This document shows positions 30,715 to 40,445 of a stretch of DNA of 64,000 nt, piece after piece; position 1 is the stretch's first letter; each line of letters opens with the position of its first letter. This DNA is from an uncultured Gemmatimonadales bacterium (GTDB lineage Bacteria; Gemmatimonadota; Gemmatimonadetes; Gemmatimonadales; Gemmatimonadaceae): NCBI GenBank assembly GCA_963701965.1, contig OY969695.1, positions 4,800,001-4,864,000 on the forward strand, written 5' to 3'. The position numbers and the translations under genes were made by a program. The notes beneath the pieces are model-generated. The model was given only the letters and a program-made list of their open reading frames with translations, searched no databases and was not told the DNA's origin.

Positions 30715-31100
30715 TGGTGGGGGTGGCGCTCGCGGGACTCGCGGGCGCCCCCTCGTTCGCCACGGCCCAGAGCGGCGCCCAATCCGGCGCCGCTCGGTTC
30801 AATGTCGATAGCGTTGGCGACTCCACGATGACCTTCCCGGTGGGAACGGCCAAATGGGTGGCGCGCGGTCAGAACGGGCTCGCGGTCGAGCCGCGTCGGC
30901 ACGACGAGCTGATCGCCCGGTTCAAAGTGATCCGCGTCGACGGTGGCATCGCGACCGCGCTCATCACCGGCCAGACGGGCCGGGTGCTACCCGGCCAGGT
31001 CGCCCTGATCAAAGCGCCCGCGTCGCCGTTCTATCGCACGGGGTTCTTTTGGATCGGCACCGCGGTCGGGGCCGCGGTGATGTTCATCGCGACGCGATAG
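30714..31100 (+). CDS. Hypothetical exported protein with C-terminal TM anchor
   Basis: Signal-peptide-like start, beta-rich core, hydrophobic C-terminus; TGATG coupling to rseP. Confidence 0.65.
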   Translation: MVGVALAGLAGAPSFATAQSGAQSGAARFNVDSVGDSTMTFPVGTAKWVARGQNGLAVEPRRHDELIARFKVIRVDGGIATALITGQTGRVLPGQVALIKAPASPFYRTGFFWIGTAVGAAVMFIATR

Positions 31101-31116
31101 CCGGCCGTCCGAGCCG

Positions 31117-32775
31117 TCAGGTCCCACAGAACAAGCGCACGCGCACCTTCCGCGTGGCCCGCACATCCTCGGTCACGTGTACCGTATCGTGGTAGGTCGC
31201 GCAGTATCGCGCGCTGACGGCGAGCGTGTACTCGCCGATGGGGAGCGTGATCGGTCCCGCGACCGGCGTGTGACCCGTGGCCACCTCGTCGCCTCCGCCC
31301 AACGGGCGGATGGCGAACGCGGCGCCGCTCGGCTCCGCGTCCAATACGAGCGCGCCACACGCCCGCGGCGTCAGGTGGGCGAAGGTCGGGCCCGCGTCGC
31401 CGACCGTGACCGTCGTCGTCGCGGTGAGCGATGGACACGGTTGGTCGCTGGGGACGCTATCGGGCAGCGTGGCCGTGACCTCGTACTTACCCGGCTTGAG
31501 GGTGTCCGTGCGCCAGTCCCCGGTCCCCGCCAGCACGCCATTCACCGTCACGCGGGCCGTCGCGGGAGCGGTCACCCGTAGCGTTGGCCGGATCAGGACC
31601 GGTGCGGGCCGCTGCGCGGTCGCGCCGTCGGAGATCGCAGGTTTGCCTGCTGCTGGCGGCGTCGCCCGTGTGTCGCCGCCCGAGGCCGCGCCCGACTCCG
31701 CGCCCGGCGGCGCTACCGGCGCCGCGGGAGTTGGGGCCGGCCGGACCGCGACCGTGGGTGGCGCCGGAGGGATCCGCCGGCGCAGCGCGAACGCGCCGCC
31801 GACGAGTATCAGCGAGGCGGCGAGGGCGATCCCACCCTGGATCATCCGGCGCCGGCGCCGTCGCGCTTTCTCGGCCGGCGGCACGATGGGGGTCGTGGGT
31901 CCATCCATCGTCGGCGTCGGCGTCGCCCGCATGGCGATCGTCTCGCCCTTGTCGGACAGGAGCGCGCCGAGCGCCTGGCACATGGCCTCGCCCGTCTGAT
32001 ATCGATCTCCCGGGTCCTTCTCCAGACACGTGAGGATGATGCGCTCCAGTCCCCGGGAGATGTTCGCGTTGTGCGTCCGCGGTTTGGCCGGCCGATCCTC
32101 GACATGTTGGCGCGCGATCTCGTACCAATCCTCGCCGGTGAATGGCAAGACGCCGGTGGCGGCCCGATAGAGCGTGACGCCGAGGGAGTAGATGTCGGCG
32201 CGTCCGTCGAGGGCGAGGCCGCGGGCCTGCTCGGGGGAGAAGTACTGCGGGGTCCCGACGACCATGTTGGTGCCGGTCTGCTGCACGTAGTTCGAGACGG
32301 CGCGGGCGATGCCGAAATCCGCCACGATGGCGTTGCCGTGCTCGTCGAACAGGATGTTGTCCGTCTTGATGTCGCGATGGATGACCCCTTCGCGGTGGGC
32401 GAATCCGAGCGCGCTGGCGACATCGATCCCGAGCCGGATGAGCACGCCCTCGGGCAGCGTCGGGATGATCTCCAGACGGTCGGGCAACCCTTGCGGGAGA
32501 AAGTCCATGGCGAAGTAGACCGCGTCGCCATCCTTCCCGACCGCGAAGATCTTGATAATGTTCGGGTGGCGCAGCCGGGCCGCCGTCGAGGCCTCACGCC
32601 GGAACCGTTGCTCGAATTTCTCGTCGCCGGCGTACTGCGGCTTGAGGACCTTGAGCGCGACCGGGATCTCGAGCTCCGGGTCGAACGCCTTGTAGACCCA
32701 GGCGAACCCCCCGGACCCAACGACGGCGTCCACCCGGAACTTGCCAAGAGTGCGGCCGAGGTATCGCTCAGGCAA
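31117..32775 (-). CDS. Hanks-type Ser/Thr protein kinase with TM helix and PEGA-like extracellular domains
   Basis: GSGGFAWVY, VALKVL, HRDIKTDN, DFG, GTPQYFSPE, DIYSLG. Confidence 0.93.
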   Translation of the reverse strand: MPERYLGRTLGKFRVDAVVGSGGFAWVYKAFDPELEIPVALKVLKPQYAGDEKFEQRFRREASTAARLRHPNIIKIFAVGKDGDAVYFAMDFLPQGLPDRLEIIPTLPEGVLIRLGIDVASALGFAHREGVIHRDIKTDNILFDEHGNAIVADFGIARAVSNYVQQTGTNMVVGTPQYFSPEQARGLALDGRADIYSLGVTLYRAATGVLPFTGEDWYEIARQHVEDRPAKPRTHNANISRGLERIILTCLEKDPGDRYQTGEAMCQALGALLSDKGETIAMRATPTPTMDGPTTPIVPPAEKARRRRRRMIQGGIALAASLILVGGAFALRRRIPPAPPTVAVRPAPTPAAPVAPPGAESGAASGGDTRATPPAAGKPAISDGATAQRPAPVLIRPTLRVTAPATARVTVNGVLAGTGDWRTDTLKPGKYEVTATLPDSVPSDQPCPSLTATTTVTVGDAGPTFAHLTPRACGALVLDAEPSGAAFAIRPLGGGDEVATGHTPVAGPITLPIGEYTLAVSARYCATYHDTVHVTEDVRATRKVRVRLFCGT

Positions 32776-32872
32776 GGCGAGGCGCCTTTACAGCGGACGA
32801 CGGATCAAGTAAACTTCTGGGCTTAATAGAGATACGCTTAGGCGCGGACCGCCGCGGAGAAAATAATACCAC

Positions 32873-33133
32873 ATGGCATTCCAAAAAGCACCGACCATCA
32901 GTAAGTACCATATTCACGAGACCGACACAGGTTCGTCGCGGGTGCAGGTCGCGCTGCTCACTGAACGGATAAACTACCTGACCGATCATTTTCGCGCGCA
33001 CGCCAAGGATCATCATAGCCGCCGTGGGCTGCTGAAGATGGTGGGGCGCCGCCGGCGGCTCTTGAACTACCTCAAGCGCACCGATCTCGAGGGCTACCGG
33101 ACACTGATCGAGACACTTGGGCTCCGTTACTAG
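32873..33133 (+). CDS. rpsO: 30S ribosomal protein S15
   Basis: [27 protein letters not shown]. Confidence 0.98.
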   Translation: MAFQKAPTISKYHIHETDTGSSRVQVALLTERINYLTDHFRAHAKDHHSRRGLLKMVGRRRRLLNYLKRTDLEGYRTLIETLGLRY

Positions 33134-33154
33134 GACGATCCGATTCACCTCTTC

Positions 33155-33191
33155 GCGCGGGCGCGACGGTTTTGGAGTCGCCCGCGCTTTT
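33155..33191 (+). terminator. Intrinsic terminator after rpsO
   Basis: gcgcgggcg...cgcccgcgc followed by TTTT. Confidence 0.65.
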
Positions 33192-33214
33192 CGTAGTTCC
33201 CCTATCAACAACCA

Positions 33215-35461
33215 ATGCAACGTATAGAGAAGACCTTCGCCGGGCGCCGCCTCGTCATCGAGACCGGCCGCATGGCCAAACAAGCCGCGGGTGCGGCTGT
33301 CGTGACCTATGGCGAGACAATGGTGTTGGCCGCGGTCACCGTCAGTGACAACATTAGTCCCCTCCCGTTCTTCCCCCTGACGGTCGAGTACAAAGAGCGG
33401 ACGTACGCCGCCGGCAAGATCCCGGGCGGATTCATCAAGCGCGAAGGCCGCCCCCAGGATGCCGAGATTCTCTCGGCCCGCATCATCGATCGGTCGATCC
33501 GACCGCTCTTTCCCGAAGGCTTCAAGAACGAAGTCCAAGTCTTCATTTACGTCGTCTCCGCCGATCAGGAGAATGACGCCAATGTGCTGGCCTTGGTCGC
33601 GACGTCCTTCGCCCTGAGCGCGTCCAAGATTCCGTTCGCCGGCCCGATCGCCGGCGTGCGTGTCGGCCGGGTGGAAGACCGCTGGGTCCTGAATCCGACG
33701 TTTCAGCAACTCGGCTACAGCAACCTGGATATCGTGATCGCGGGGAACCGCGACTCGATCGTCATGGTCGAAGGCGGGGCGCTGGAAGTGTCGGAGACCG
33801 ACGTCGTCGACGCACTGGCGATCGGCCATGCCGGCATCAAAGAGCTGATCAAGTTCCAGGAAGAGTTGCTGGCCAAGCTGGCGCCAGTCGCGAAAATGAC
33901 CTGGACCCCGGTGGCGCGGCCCGCGGGGCTCGAGGCGCGGGTCAAGCAAGTGCTGGGGAATAAGCTCGTCGACGCGCTCAATCGCCCGGACAAGCATTCG
34001 CGCATCGAGGCGGTCGAGGCGGCGAAAAAGGAAGTCGCTGTGGCATTGGCCGCCGAGTTCCCGGAAAATGGTCGGGACATTGGGGACGTGGTGGGGGACG
34101 AAGAGTACCGCGCGCTGCGCGCGCAGGTGCTCGATACGAAGCAGCGGGTCGACGGACGCGGGCTCGCCGAAGTTCGGGCCATCACGCCCGAGGTGGGCCT
34201 CCTCCCGCGGGCGCACGGTTCGAGTTTGTTCACGCGCGGCCAGACGCAGGCGCTGGTGGCCGTCACGCTGGGCACGGCGAACGACGTGCAGCGGCTCGAT
34301 ACGATCGACGAAGCCGGCGAGTCGACGAAGTCGTTCATGCTGCACTATAACTTCCCGCCGTTCTCGACCGGCGAAGTCCGCCCCATGCGCGGCACGAGCC
34401 GCCGCGAGATCGGCCACGGGAATCTGGCTGAGCGCGCCCTCCAAGGCGTGTTGCCGTCGTTCGAGGAGTTTCCGTACACGATCCGCATTGTATCCGATGT
34501 GCTGGAGTCCAACGGGTCGTCGTCGATGGCGTCGGTCTGCGGCGGATCGCTGGCGTTGTTCGACGCCGGCGTTCCCATGAAAGCCCCGGTCGCCGGAGTG
34601 GCGATGGGCTTGATCAAAGAGGGCGACCGGTACGCGATCCTGACCGACATCCTCGGGACCGAGGATCACCTGGGCGACATGGACTTCAAGGTCGCCGGGA
34701 CCGACCAGGGCATCACCTCGATCCAGATGGACATCAAGATCCAGGGTCTCGACCTCCAAATCATGCGCGAGGCGCTGACGCAGGCCCTGACCGGTCGGCT
34801 GCACATTCTGGGTGAGATGGCCAAGGGTCTCGCCGAGCCCCGCGGCGATCTGTCGCGCTACGCGCCGCGGATCGTGACTATGACGATCAGCCCCGAGAAG
34901 ATCGGCGACTTGATCGGGCCAAAGGGCAAGACCATCCGCGGGATTCAGGACGAGACGGGCGCCGAGTTGACCGTCGATGATTCCGGCCTGGTCACCATCG
35001 CCGCCGTCGGCGGCGACGCCATGCAGCGCGCCAAGCAGATGGTGCAGGCCCTGACCGCCGAGCCGGTGATCGGCACGACGTACGAGGGCACGGTCAAGAG
35101 CACGACGGCCTTTGGCGCGTTCGTCGAGATCATGCCGGGCACCGAGGCGTTGCTCCACATCTCGGAGATGCGCTGGGGTCGGACCGACAAGACCGAGGAC
35201 GTGGTCAAGAAAGGCGATCGCGTGACCGTCAAGTTGATCGACCCGGACGAGCGGGGCCGGCTCCGCCTCTCGATGCGCGCGCTGACGCCGCGGCCGGAAG
35301 GCATGGCCGACGAGCCCAACGGCGAGCGGAATCGGGAGGGCGGTGGCGAGCCGTCCTTGGTCGGGGAAGGGTCCGGCGGTGGCGAGCGCGAGCGGCGCCC
35401 GCGCCGTGGCGGCGGCGGTCGCGGTGATCGCGGTGATCGCGGCGGCCGGTCGCGCGGGTGA
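33215..35461 (+). CDS. pnp: Polyribonucleotide nucleotidyltransferase
   Basis: GKIPGGFIKREG, FTRGQTQ, RREIGHG, ESNGSSSMAS, GDMDFKVAG, KH and S1 domains. Confidence 0.98.
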   Translation: MQRIEKTFAGRRLVIETGRMAKQAAGAAVVTYGETMVLAAVTVSDNISPLPFFPLTVEYKERTYAAGKIPGGFIKREGRPQDAEILSARIIDRSIRPLFPEGFKNEVQVFIYVVSADQENDANVLALVATSFALSASKIPFAGPIAGVRVGRVEDRWVLNPTFQQLGYSNLDIVIAGNRDSIVMVEGGALEVSETDVVDALAIGHAGIKELIKFQEELLAKLAPVAKMTWTPVARPAGLEARVKQVLGNKLVDALNRPDKHSRIEAVEAAKKEVAVALAAEFPENGRDIGDVVGDEEYRALRAQVLDTKQRVDGRGLAEVRAITPEVGLLPRAHGSSLFTRGQTQALVAVTLGTANDVQRLDTIDEAGESTKSFMLHYNFPPFSTGEVRPMRGTSRREIGHGNLAERALQGVLPSFEEFPYTIRIVSDVLESNGSSSMASVCGGSLALFDAGVPMKAPVAGVAMGLIKEGDRYAILTDILGTEDHLGDMDFKVAGTDQGITSIQMDIKIQGLDLQIMREALTQALTGRLHILGEMAKGLAEPRGDLSRYAPRIVTMTISPEKIGDLIGPKGKTIRGIQDETGAELTVDDSGLVTIAAVGGDAMQRAKQMVQALTAEPVIGTTYEGTVKSTTAFGAFVEIMPGTEALLHISEMRWGRTDKTEDVVKKGDRVTVKLIDPDERGRLRLSMRALTPRPEGMADEPNGERNREGGGEPSLVGEGSGGGERERRPRRGGGGRGDRGDRGGRSRG

Positions 35462-36744
35462 CCTTTAGCCGCTTCGCGGCTAAGGGCTCAGTCGCCGCTG
35501 ACGAAACGACCGAGGGCCTGCGCGCCACCACGCTCGACAACGGCCTCACCGTCCTCTCCGAGCGCATGCCCGGCGTGCGCTCCGTGGCGCTGGGTGCGTG
35601 GATACGGGCCGCATCGCTGCACGAGACGCCGCGCACCATGGGCGTCTCGCACCTCCTGGAGCACATGGTGTTCAAGGGGACGGAGCGGCGCGACGCCAAG
35701 GAGATCGCGCTCTCGTTGGAGCGGCTCGGCGGCTCGCTCGATGCCTACACGGCCCGGGAACACACGTCGTATCAGGCGCGCGTGCTCGATGAGCACGTGC
35801 GCGAAGCCGCCGATGTACTGGGCGACATGGTGTTCCGGCCGTCGTTGCGGAACGTCGATCTGGCGCTGGAACGAAAGGTCGTCCTCGAAGAAATCGGCAT
35901 GGTCGACGACACGCCGGACGATCTCGTCTTCGAGCTGCACAATGCGGCGTTGTGGGGTGCGCACCCCCTCGGCTACTCCATCCTCGGGACCCGGGAGACC
36001 GTGTCGTCGCTCGGCGTCCGCGACCTCCGGTCGTTGCACGACCGCGCGTATCACCCCGCGCTGACCGTGGTCGCCGCCGCCGGCAACATCGAGCATGATC
36101 GCCTGCTGGAGATACTGGCCGACACGGGTTGGACGGGAGTCCCCACGGGTGACGCGACGCGACTCGTGGCGCCGCCGCCGATGGCGGCGCGCCCGACGAC
36201 CCAGCACGTGGAACGCGAGGGCGCGCAGACCCACATCGTGTTCGGCTCGCCGGCCGTCACGCACGGGGACCCCCGGCGCTACGCCTTCGCGGTCGCATTG
36301 AGTGTCCTCGGCGCCGGCATGAGCTCCCGCCTGTTCCAGCGCGTGCGGGAGGAGCTGGGTCTGGCCTACGCGATCTATACGTTCACTTCCCTCCATGCCC
36401 TGGCCGGCGTGCACGGGGTCTACGTCGGGACAGGCCCGGAGACCGCGGAACAGGCGTCCGATGCCATCCGCAGCGAGTTGGCCCGGCTGGCCGCCGAGGG
36501 GGTCACGCCCGAGGAGTTGGTCGCCGGCAAGAACCAACTCAAGGGACAGATGACGCTGTCACTGGAGAGTGTCACCGCGCGGATGTATCGTGCCGCCAGC
36601 GTGGAGTTGTACGGCGAGCCCTATCGCCCCCTCGACGAGGAGCTGGCGGCGATCGAGCGCGTAGATGAAGATGATGTGCGGGCCGTCTGCCGTGAGTTTT
36701 TCCCGCCGGAGCGTCAGACGGTCGTCAGTCTCGGTCCGGCCTAA
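35458..36744 (+). CDS. M16 (pitrilysin) family peptidase
   Basis: TLDNGL, HLLEHMVFKGT (HxxEH), SSRLFQRVRE; start uncertain. Confidence 0.92.
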   Translation: MTFSRFAAKGSVAADETTEGLRATTLDNGLTVLSERMPGVRSVALGAWIRAASLHETPRTMGVSHLLEHMVFKGTERRDAKEIALSLERLGGSLDAYTAREHTSYQARVLDEHVREAADVLGDMVFRPSLRNVDLALERKVVLEEIGMVDDTPDDLVFELHNAALWGAHPLGYSILGTRETVSSLGVRDLRSLHDRAYHPALTVVAAAGNIEHDRLLEILADTGWTGVPTGDATRLVAPPPMAARPTTQHVEREGAQTHIVFGSPAVTHGDPRRYAFAVALSVLGAGMSSRLFQRVREELGLAYAIYTFTSLHALAGVHGVYVGTGPETAEQASDAIRSELARLAAEGVTPEELVAGKNQLKGQMTLSLESVTARMYRAASVELYGEPYRPLDEELAAIERVDEDDVRAVCREFFPPERQTVVSLGPA

Positions 36745-36762
36745 CGACTACTACTCGAAGCC

Positions 36763-37878
36763 ATGCAAATCGGCGTACCGAAAGAGATCAAGACGAACGA
36801 GAATCGGATCGCGCTCGTCCCCGCCGGGGCCGAGGCGCTGGTCACCGCGGGCCATGCCGTGTCGATCGAGCGCGGCGCGGGCGAAGGCAGCGGGTTCCCG
36901 GATGAGCTGTACACCCAGGTGGGCGCGACCATCGCGCCCGATGCGGCGGCGGTCTGGAAGCGCGCCGACCTCATCCTCAAGGTCAAGGAACCCATCGAGC
37001 CCGAGTGGCCGCACATCCGGAAAGGGCAGACGCTCTTCACCTACTTTCACTTCGCGGCGGACGAGCGCCTGACCCGGGCCCTGATGAAGACCGGGTCGAC
37101 GTGCGTGGCCTACGAGACCGTGGAGCTCCCCACGCGCGAGCTCCCCTTGCTCACGCCGATGTCCGAGGTAGCCGGCCGGATGGCCGTGCAGGAAGGCGCG
37201 AAGTACCTGGAGAAGCTGTACGGGGGCCGTGGCGTCCTGCTCGGCGGGGTGCCGGGCGTGGCCCCGGCCAAAGTCGTGATCCTCGGCGGCGGCATCGTTG
37301 GCATCAACGCCGCGAAGATGGCGGCGGGCTTCGGCGCCAACGTGATCGTGCTCGATATCTCGTTGGAGCGCCTCCGGTACCTGTCCGATGTGATGCCGGC
37401 CAACGTCACGCTGATCCACTCCAATCGTCACAACATCCTGGAGCAGATCTCCACGGCCGACCTCGTCGTCGGCGCCGTGCTGGTCACGGGCGCCAAAGCG
37501 CCCCGACTGGTCCGCCGCGAGGACCTCAAGGTCATGCGACCCGGCACGGTCATCGTCGACGTCGCGGTGGACCAGGGCGGGTGCGTGGAGACGATTCATC
37601 CCACGACCCACGAGAATCCGACGTACGTCGTCGAGGGCGTGATCCACTATGGCGTGGCCAACATGCCGGGTGGCGTGCCGCGCACCTCGACGCTCGCGCT
37701 CACCAACGCGACCTTCCCCTACGCGCAGCAGCTGGCGAACAAGGGGTGGCAGTGCGCCCTCAAGGACAACGCGGCGCTGCTCAAAGGCCTGAACATTGTC
37801 GATGGGCACGTCACGTACCCCGGCGTCGCCGAGGCGTTCGGCATCACCTACGAAGATCCGAAGGCGTTCATCGCATAA
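36763..37878 (+). CDS. ald: Alanine dehydrogenase
   Basis: [35 protein letters not shown]. Confidence 0.97.
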   Translation: MQIGVPKEIKTNENRIALVPAGAEALVTAGHAVSIERGAGEGSGFPDELYTQVGATIAPDAAAVWKRADLILKVKEPIEPEWPHIRKGQTLFTYFHFAADERLTRALMKTGSTCVAYETVELPTRELPLLTPMSEVAGRMAVQEGAKYLEKLYGGRGVLLGGVPGVAPAKVVILGGGIVGINAAKMAAGFGANVIVLDISLERLRYLSDVMPANVTLIHSNRHNILEQISTADLVVGAVLVTGAKAPRLVRREDLKVMRPGTVIVDVAVDQGGCVETIHPTTHENPTYVVEGVIHYGVANMPGGVPRTSTLALTNATFPYAQQLANKGWQCALKDNAALLKGLNIVDGHVTYPGVAEAFGITYEDPKAFIA

Positions 37879-37905
37879 AGCGACGGCGTGTCGCGGACGC
37901 CGTGC

Positions 37906-37934
37906 TTGATCGTCATTGCGGTGGGGACTACTTT
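37906..37934 (+). promoter_or_regulatory. Sigma70-like promoter of the mre operon
   Basis: TTGATC-17-TACTTT, 10 nt upstream of ATG 37945. Confidence 0.5.
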
Positions 37935-37944
37935 CTTGACTCTA

Positions 37945-38988
37945 ATGCGCTGGCCTTTCTTCAAGACAGGATCGCGGTCTCTTTTCCCGGCGAACGCGAT
38001 CGCCGTGGATCTCGGGACCGCGAACACTCTCGTCTATGTGAAGGGCGAAGGGATCGTCCTCAACGAGCCGTCGGTGGTCGCGATCGACCGCGAGTCGCGG
38101 AAAATTCGCGGCGTCGGCCTCGAGGCGAAGCGCATGCTCGGGCGGACGCCGGATGGCATCATCGCCGTCCGGCCGATGAAGGACGGTGTGATCGCCGACT
38201 TCGACGTCACCGAGAAGATGCTCCGCTACTTCCTCACGCTGATCATCGAGAACCACGTGTTCAAGGTGAAGCCCCGCGTGATCGTGTGCGTCCCCTCGGG
38301 GATCACGGAAGTGGAGCGCCGCGCGGTGCGTGACTCCGCGTTGGGCGCGGGCGCCAAAGAGGTGTTCATGGTCGCCGAGCCCATGGCCGCCGCGATCGGC
38401 GTCGGATTGCCGGTCGAGACGCCGACCGGGAACATGGTCATCGATATCGGCGGCGGCACCACGGAGATCGCGGTCATCGCGCTATCCGGGATCGTCAGCG
38501 ACACGTCCATCCGGACCGGCGGTGACGAGCTCGACGTAGCCATCGTGCAGTTCATGCGGAAGAACTACAACCTGCTGATCGGCGAGCCCACGGCCGAGCT
38601 GATCAAGATCCAGATCGGGTCGGCCGCGCCGGTCGGCGAAGAGCGGGAGATGGAGGTCAAAGGACGCGACCTGGTCTCGGGCATCCCCAAGACCGTCCGC
38701 GTCCATTCGGCCGAGATCCGCGAAGCGATTCAGGAACCCATTCAGCAGATCGTCGATGCCGTCCGGCGGGCCTTGGAGATCACTCCACCCGAGCTCGCCA
38801 GTGACATCGTCGATCGCGGAATCGTCATGACGGGCGGCGGTGCGTTGATCCGTGGTCTCGATCTCTTGTTGAGCCAGGAAACCAGCCTGCCGATTCATGT
38901 CGACGAGGATCCTCTCACGTGTGTCGTTCGCGGTACCGGCCGGATTCTCGACGACGAGGAGAAGTACTGGTCCGTACTCAGCAGTTGA
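37945..38988 (+). CDS. mreB: Rod shape-determining protein MreB
   Basis: DLGTANT, EPSVVA, DIGGGTT, TGGGAL. Confidence 0.98.
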   Translation: MRWPFFKTGSRSLFPANAIAVDLGTANTLVYVKGEGIVLNEPSVVAIDRESRKIRGVGLEAKRMLGRTPDGIIAVRPMKDGVIADFDVTEKMLRYFLTLIIENHVFKVKPRVIVCVPSGITEVERRAVRDSALGAGAKEVFMVAEPMAAAIGVGLPVETPTGNMVIDIGGGTTEIAVIALSGIVSDTSIRTGGDELDVAIVQFMRKNYNLLIGEPTAELIKIQIGSAAPVGEEREMEVKGRDLVSGIPKTVRVHSAEIREAIQEPIQQIVDAVRRALEITPPELASDIVDRGIVMTGGGALIRGLDLLLSQETSLPIHVDEDPLTCVVRGTGRILDDEEKYWSVLSS

Positions 38989-38996
38989 GATAGGGC

Positions 38997-39959
38997 GTGG
39001 CCCGCGCCGTTGCCAGCGGTACACGAACCAATGTCGTCCTCCTGATCGCCAGTGGCGCTCTCGCCCTGATCGCCCTGGCTATGCCGACGCGCTTGCGCGA
39101 TCCGGTCGCTGGTGCCCTGCGCCGGGACCTCGTGGCTCCGCTGATTACCCTCCAAAAGAACGCCGAGCTCGGCCGGCTCATTTTGATCCGGCACGACCAG
39201 GAGACGGCAAGCCGCGACAGCGTCGCGCTCCGCGCGCTCCTGGTCTCGAGCCTCGAGGCCGAAAACGACCGGCTGCGGCGCCTCCTTGGTCTCGGTTCCG
39301 CCCTGCGCTGGGGATTCGTGCCCGCCGAGGCGCTCCACAGCCGCGCGTTGGGTGAGGAGTTTACCATGACCCTGACGGCGGGGTCCCGCAGCGGCGTGCG
39401 TCCCTTCAGCGCGGTCGTGGCTCCAGAAGGGTTGGTGGGAATGGTCGAGACCGTCGACCCTCGCATGTCCTTGGCGATCTCGTTCGCCCACCCGGATTTC
39501 CGGGTGAGCGCGATGACCGCCAATGGCAGCGCGTTCGGGATTGCCAAGGCGCACCTGGGCAGCGGCACCGACCGGTACCTGCTGGAGCTGAGCGGCGTTC
39601 AGCTCAGCACGACCCTCCCATCCGGGACGGTGATCGTCAGCTCCGGCGTCGGCGGCGTCTACCCCCGGGGGATCCCGGTGGGCACCGTCATTCGCGAGCT
39701 CGGACCCCGCGAAGGGTTCACGGAAGGGTGGGCCCGCACGTACCTGCTCCGGCCCGCGGTCAAGCCCCAAGACGTGTCCTCCGTCATGATCCTGGAGCCG
39801 CGGCGCGGCGCCGCGGGCGTTCAGGCGGTATGGGCCGATTCGCTCAAGGCGGATACCGGAGCCGTTGCAACGCCGGGCGACTCCAACGCGTCCCCTGGTA
39901 TGCAGCCGGGGACCGAGGCCGATAGCACCGATGACAATGCCGGAGGCCACGGGCGATGA
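38997..39959 (+). CDS. mreC: Rod shape-determining protein MreC
   Basis: EAENDRLRRLL coiled coil, GLVG, SSGVGGVYPRGIPVG; operon position. Confidence 0.92.
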   Translation: MARAVASGTRTNVVLLIASGALALIALAMPTRLRDPVAGALRRDLVAPLITLQKNAELGRLILIRHDQETASRDSVALRALLVSSLEAENDRLRRLLGLGSALRWGFVPAEALHSRALGEEFTMTLTAGSRSGVRPFSAVVAPEGLVGMVETVDPRMSLAISFAHPDFRVSAMTANGSAFGIAKAHLGSGTDRYLLELSGVQLSTTLPSGTVIVSSGVGGVYPRGIPVGTVIRELGPREGFTEGWARTYLLRPAVKPQDVSSVMILEPRRGAAGVQAVWADSLKADTGAVATPGDSNASPGMQPGTEADSTDDNAGGHGR

Positions 39960-40444
39960 CGGCGAGCGGCGCGATCCGCTTGGCCGTCGCGTTTCTGGTC
40001 CTCGTGGTCCTGCATTTTTCGGTTCGGCCCCTCCTGGGCTGGCGCGCCGAAATCGACTTTCTCTTGATCGCCGTCCTGCTGGCGGCGGTGCGGCTACGAC
40101 CCGGGACGGCCGCTGTCGTGGGCTGCATCGTTGGGCTCATCGCCGACTCGCTGACGCCGAACGCTTTTGGCGCCGGCGCGCTCGCCATGACCGTCGTGGG
40201 GTATCTTGCGTCATGGTTGAAGGCGGTCTTCTTCGCCGACAACCTCGCTCTCAACGGATTCTTCTTCTTCGCCGGCCGGTGGGCGTTCTGCATCATCTAC
40301 GAGATCGCGGCCCGTCAGACCAGTGGGGCCGAGCTGGTGCAGCAGATTCTCGTCTGGGCGCCGCTGTCGGCCGCGGTGACCGCCGCCGCGGGTGTCGTGC
40401 TGCTCGTCCTCATGCGGCCGCTCTTGGAGCCGGCAACGGCCTGA
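39956..40444 (+). CDS. mreD: Rod shape-determining protein MreD
   Basis: Multi-TM protein with GLIADSL; between mreC and mrdA. Confidence 0.9.
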   Translation: MTASGAIRLAVAFLVLVVLHFSVRPLLGWRAEIDFLLIAVLLAAVRLRPGTAAVVGCIVGLIADSLTPNAFGAGALAMTVVGYLASWLKAVFFADNLALNGFFFFAGRWAFCIIYEIAARQTSGAELVQQILVWAPLSAAVTAAAGVVLLVLMRPLLEPATA

Positions 40445-40445
40445 G

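Noticed and set aside
32768..35158. 796-aa minus-strand ORF
   Set aside because: Antisense to rpsO-pnp; shadow ORF
35405..35457. Short tandem repeat cgcggtgat at the pnp 3' end
   Set aside because: Encodes the ordinary low-complexity RGDRG tail of PNPase
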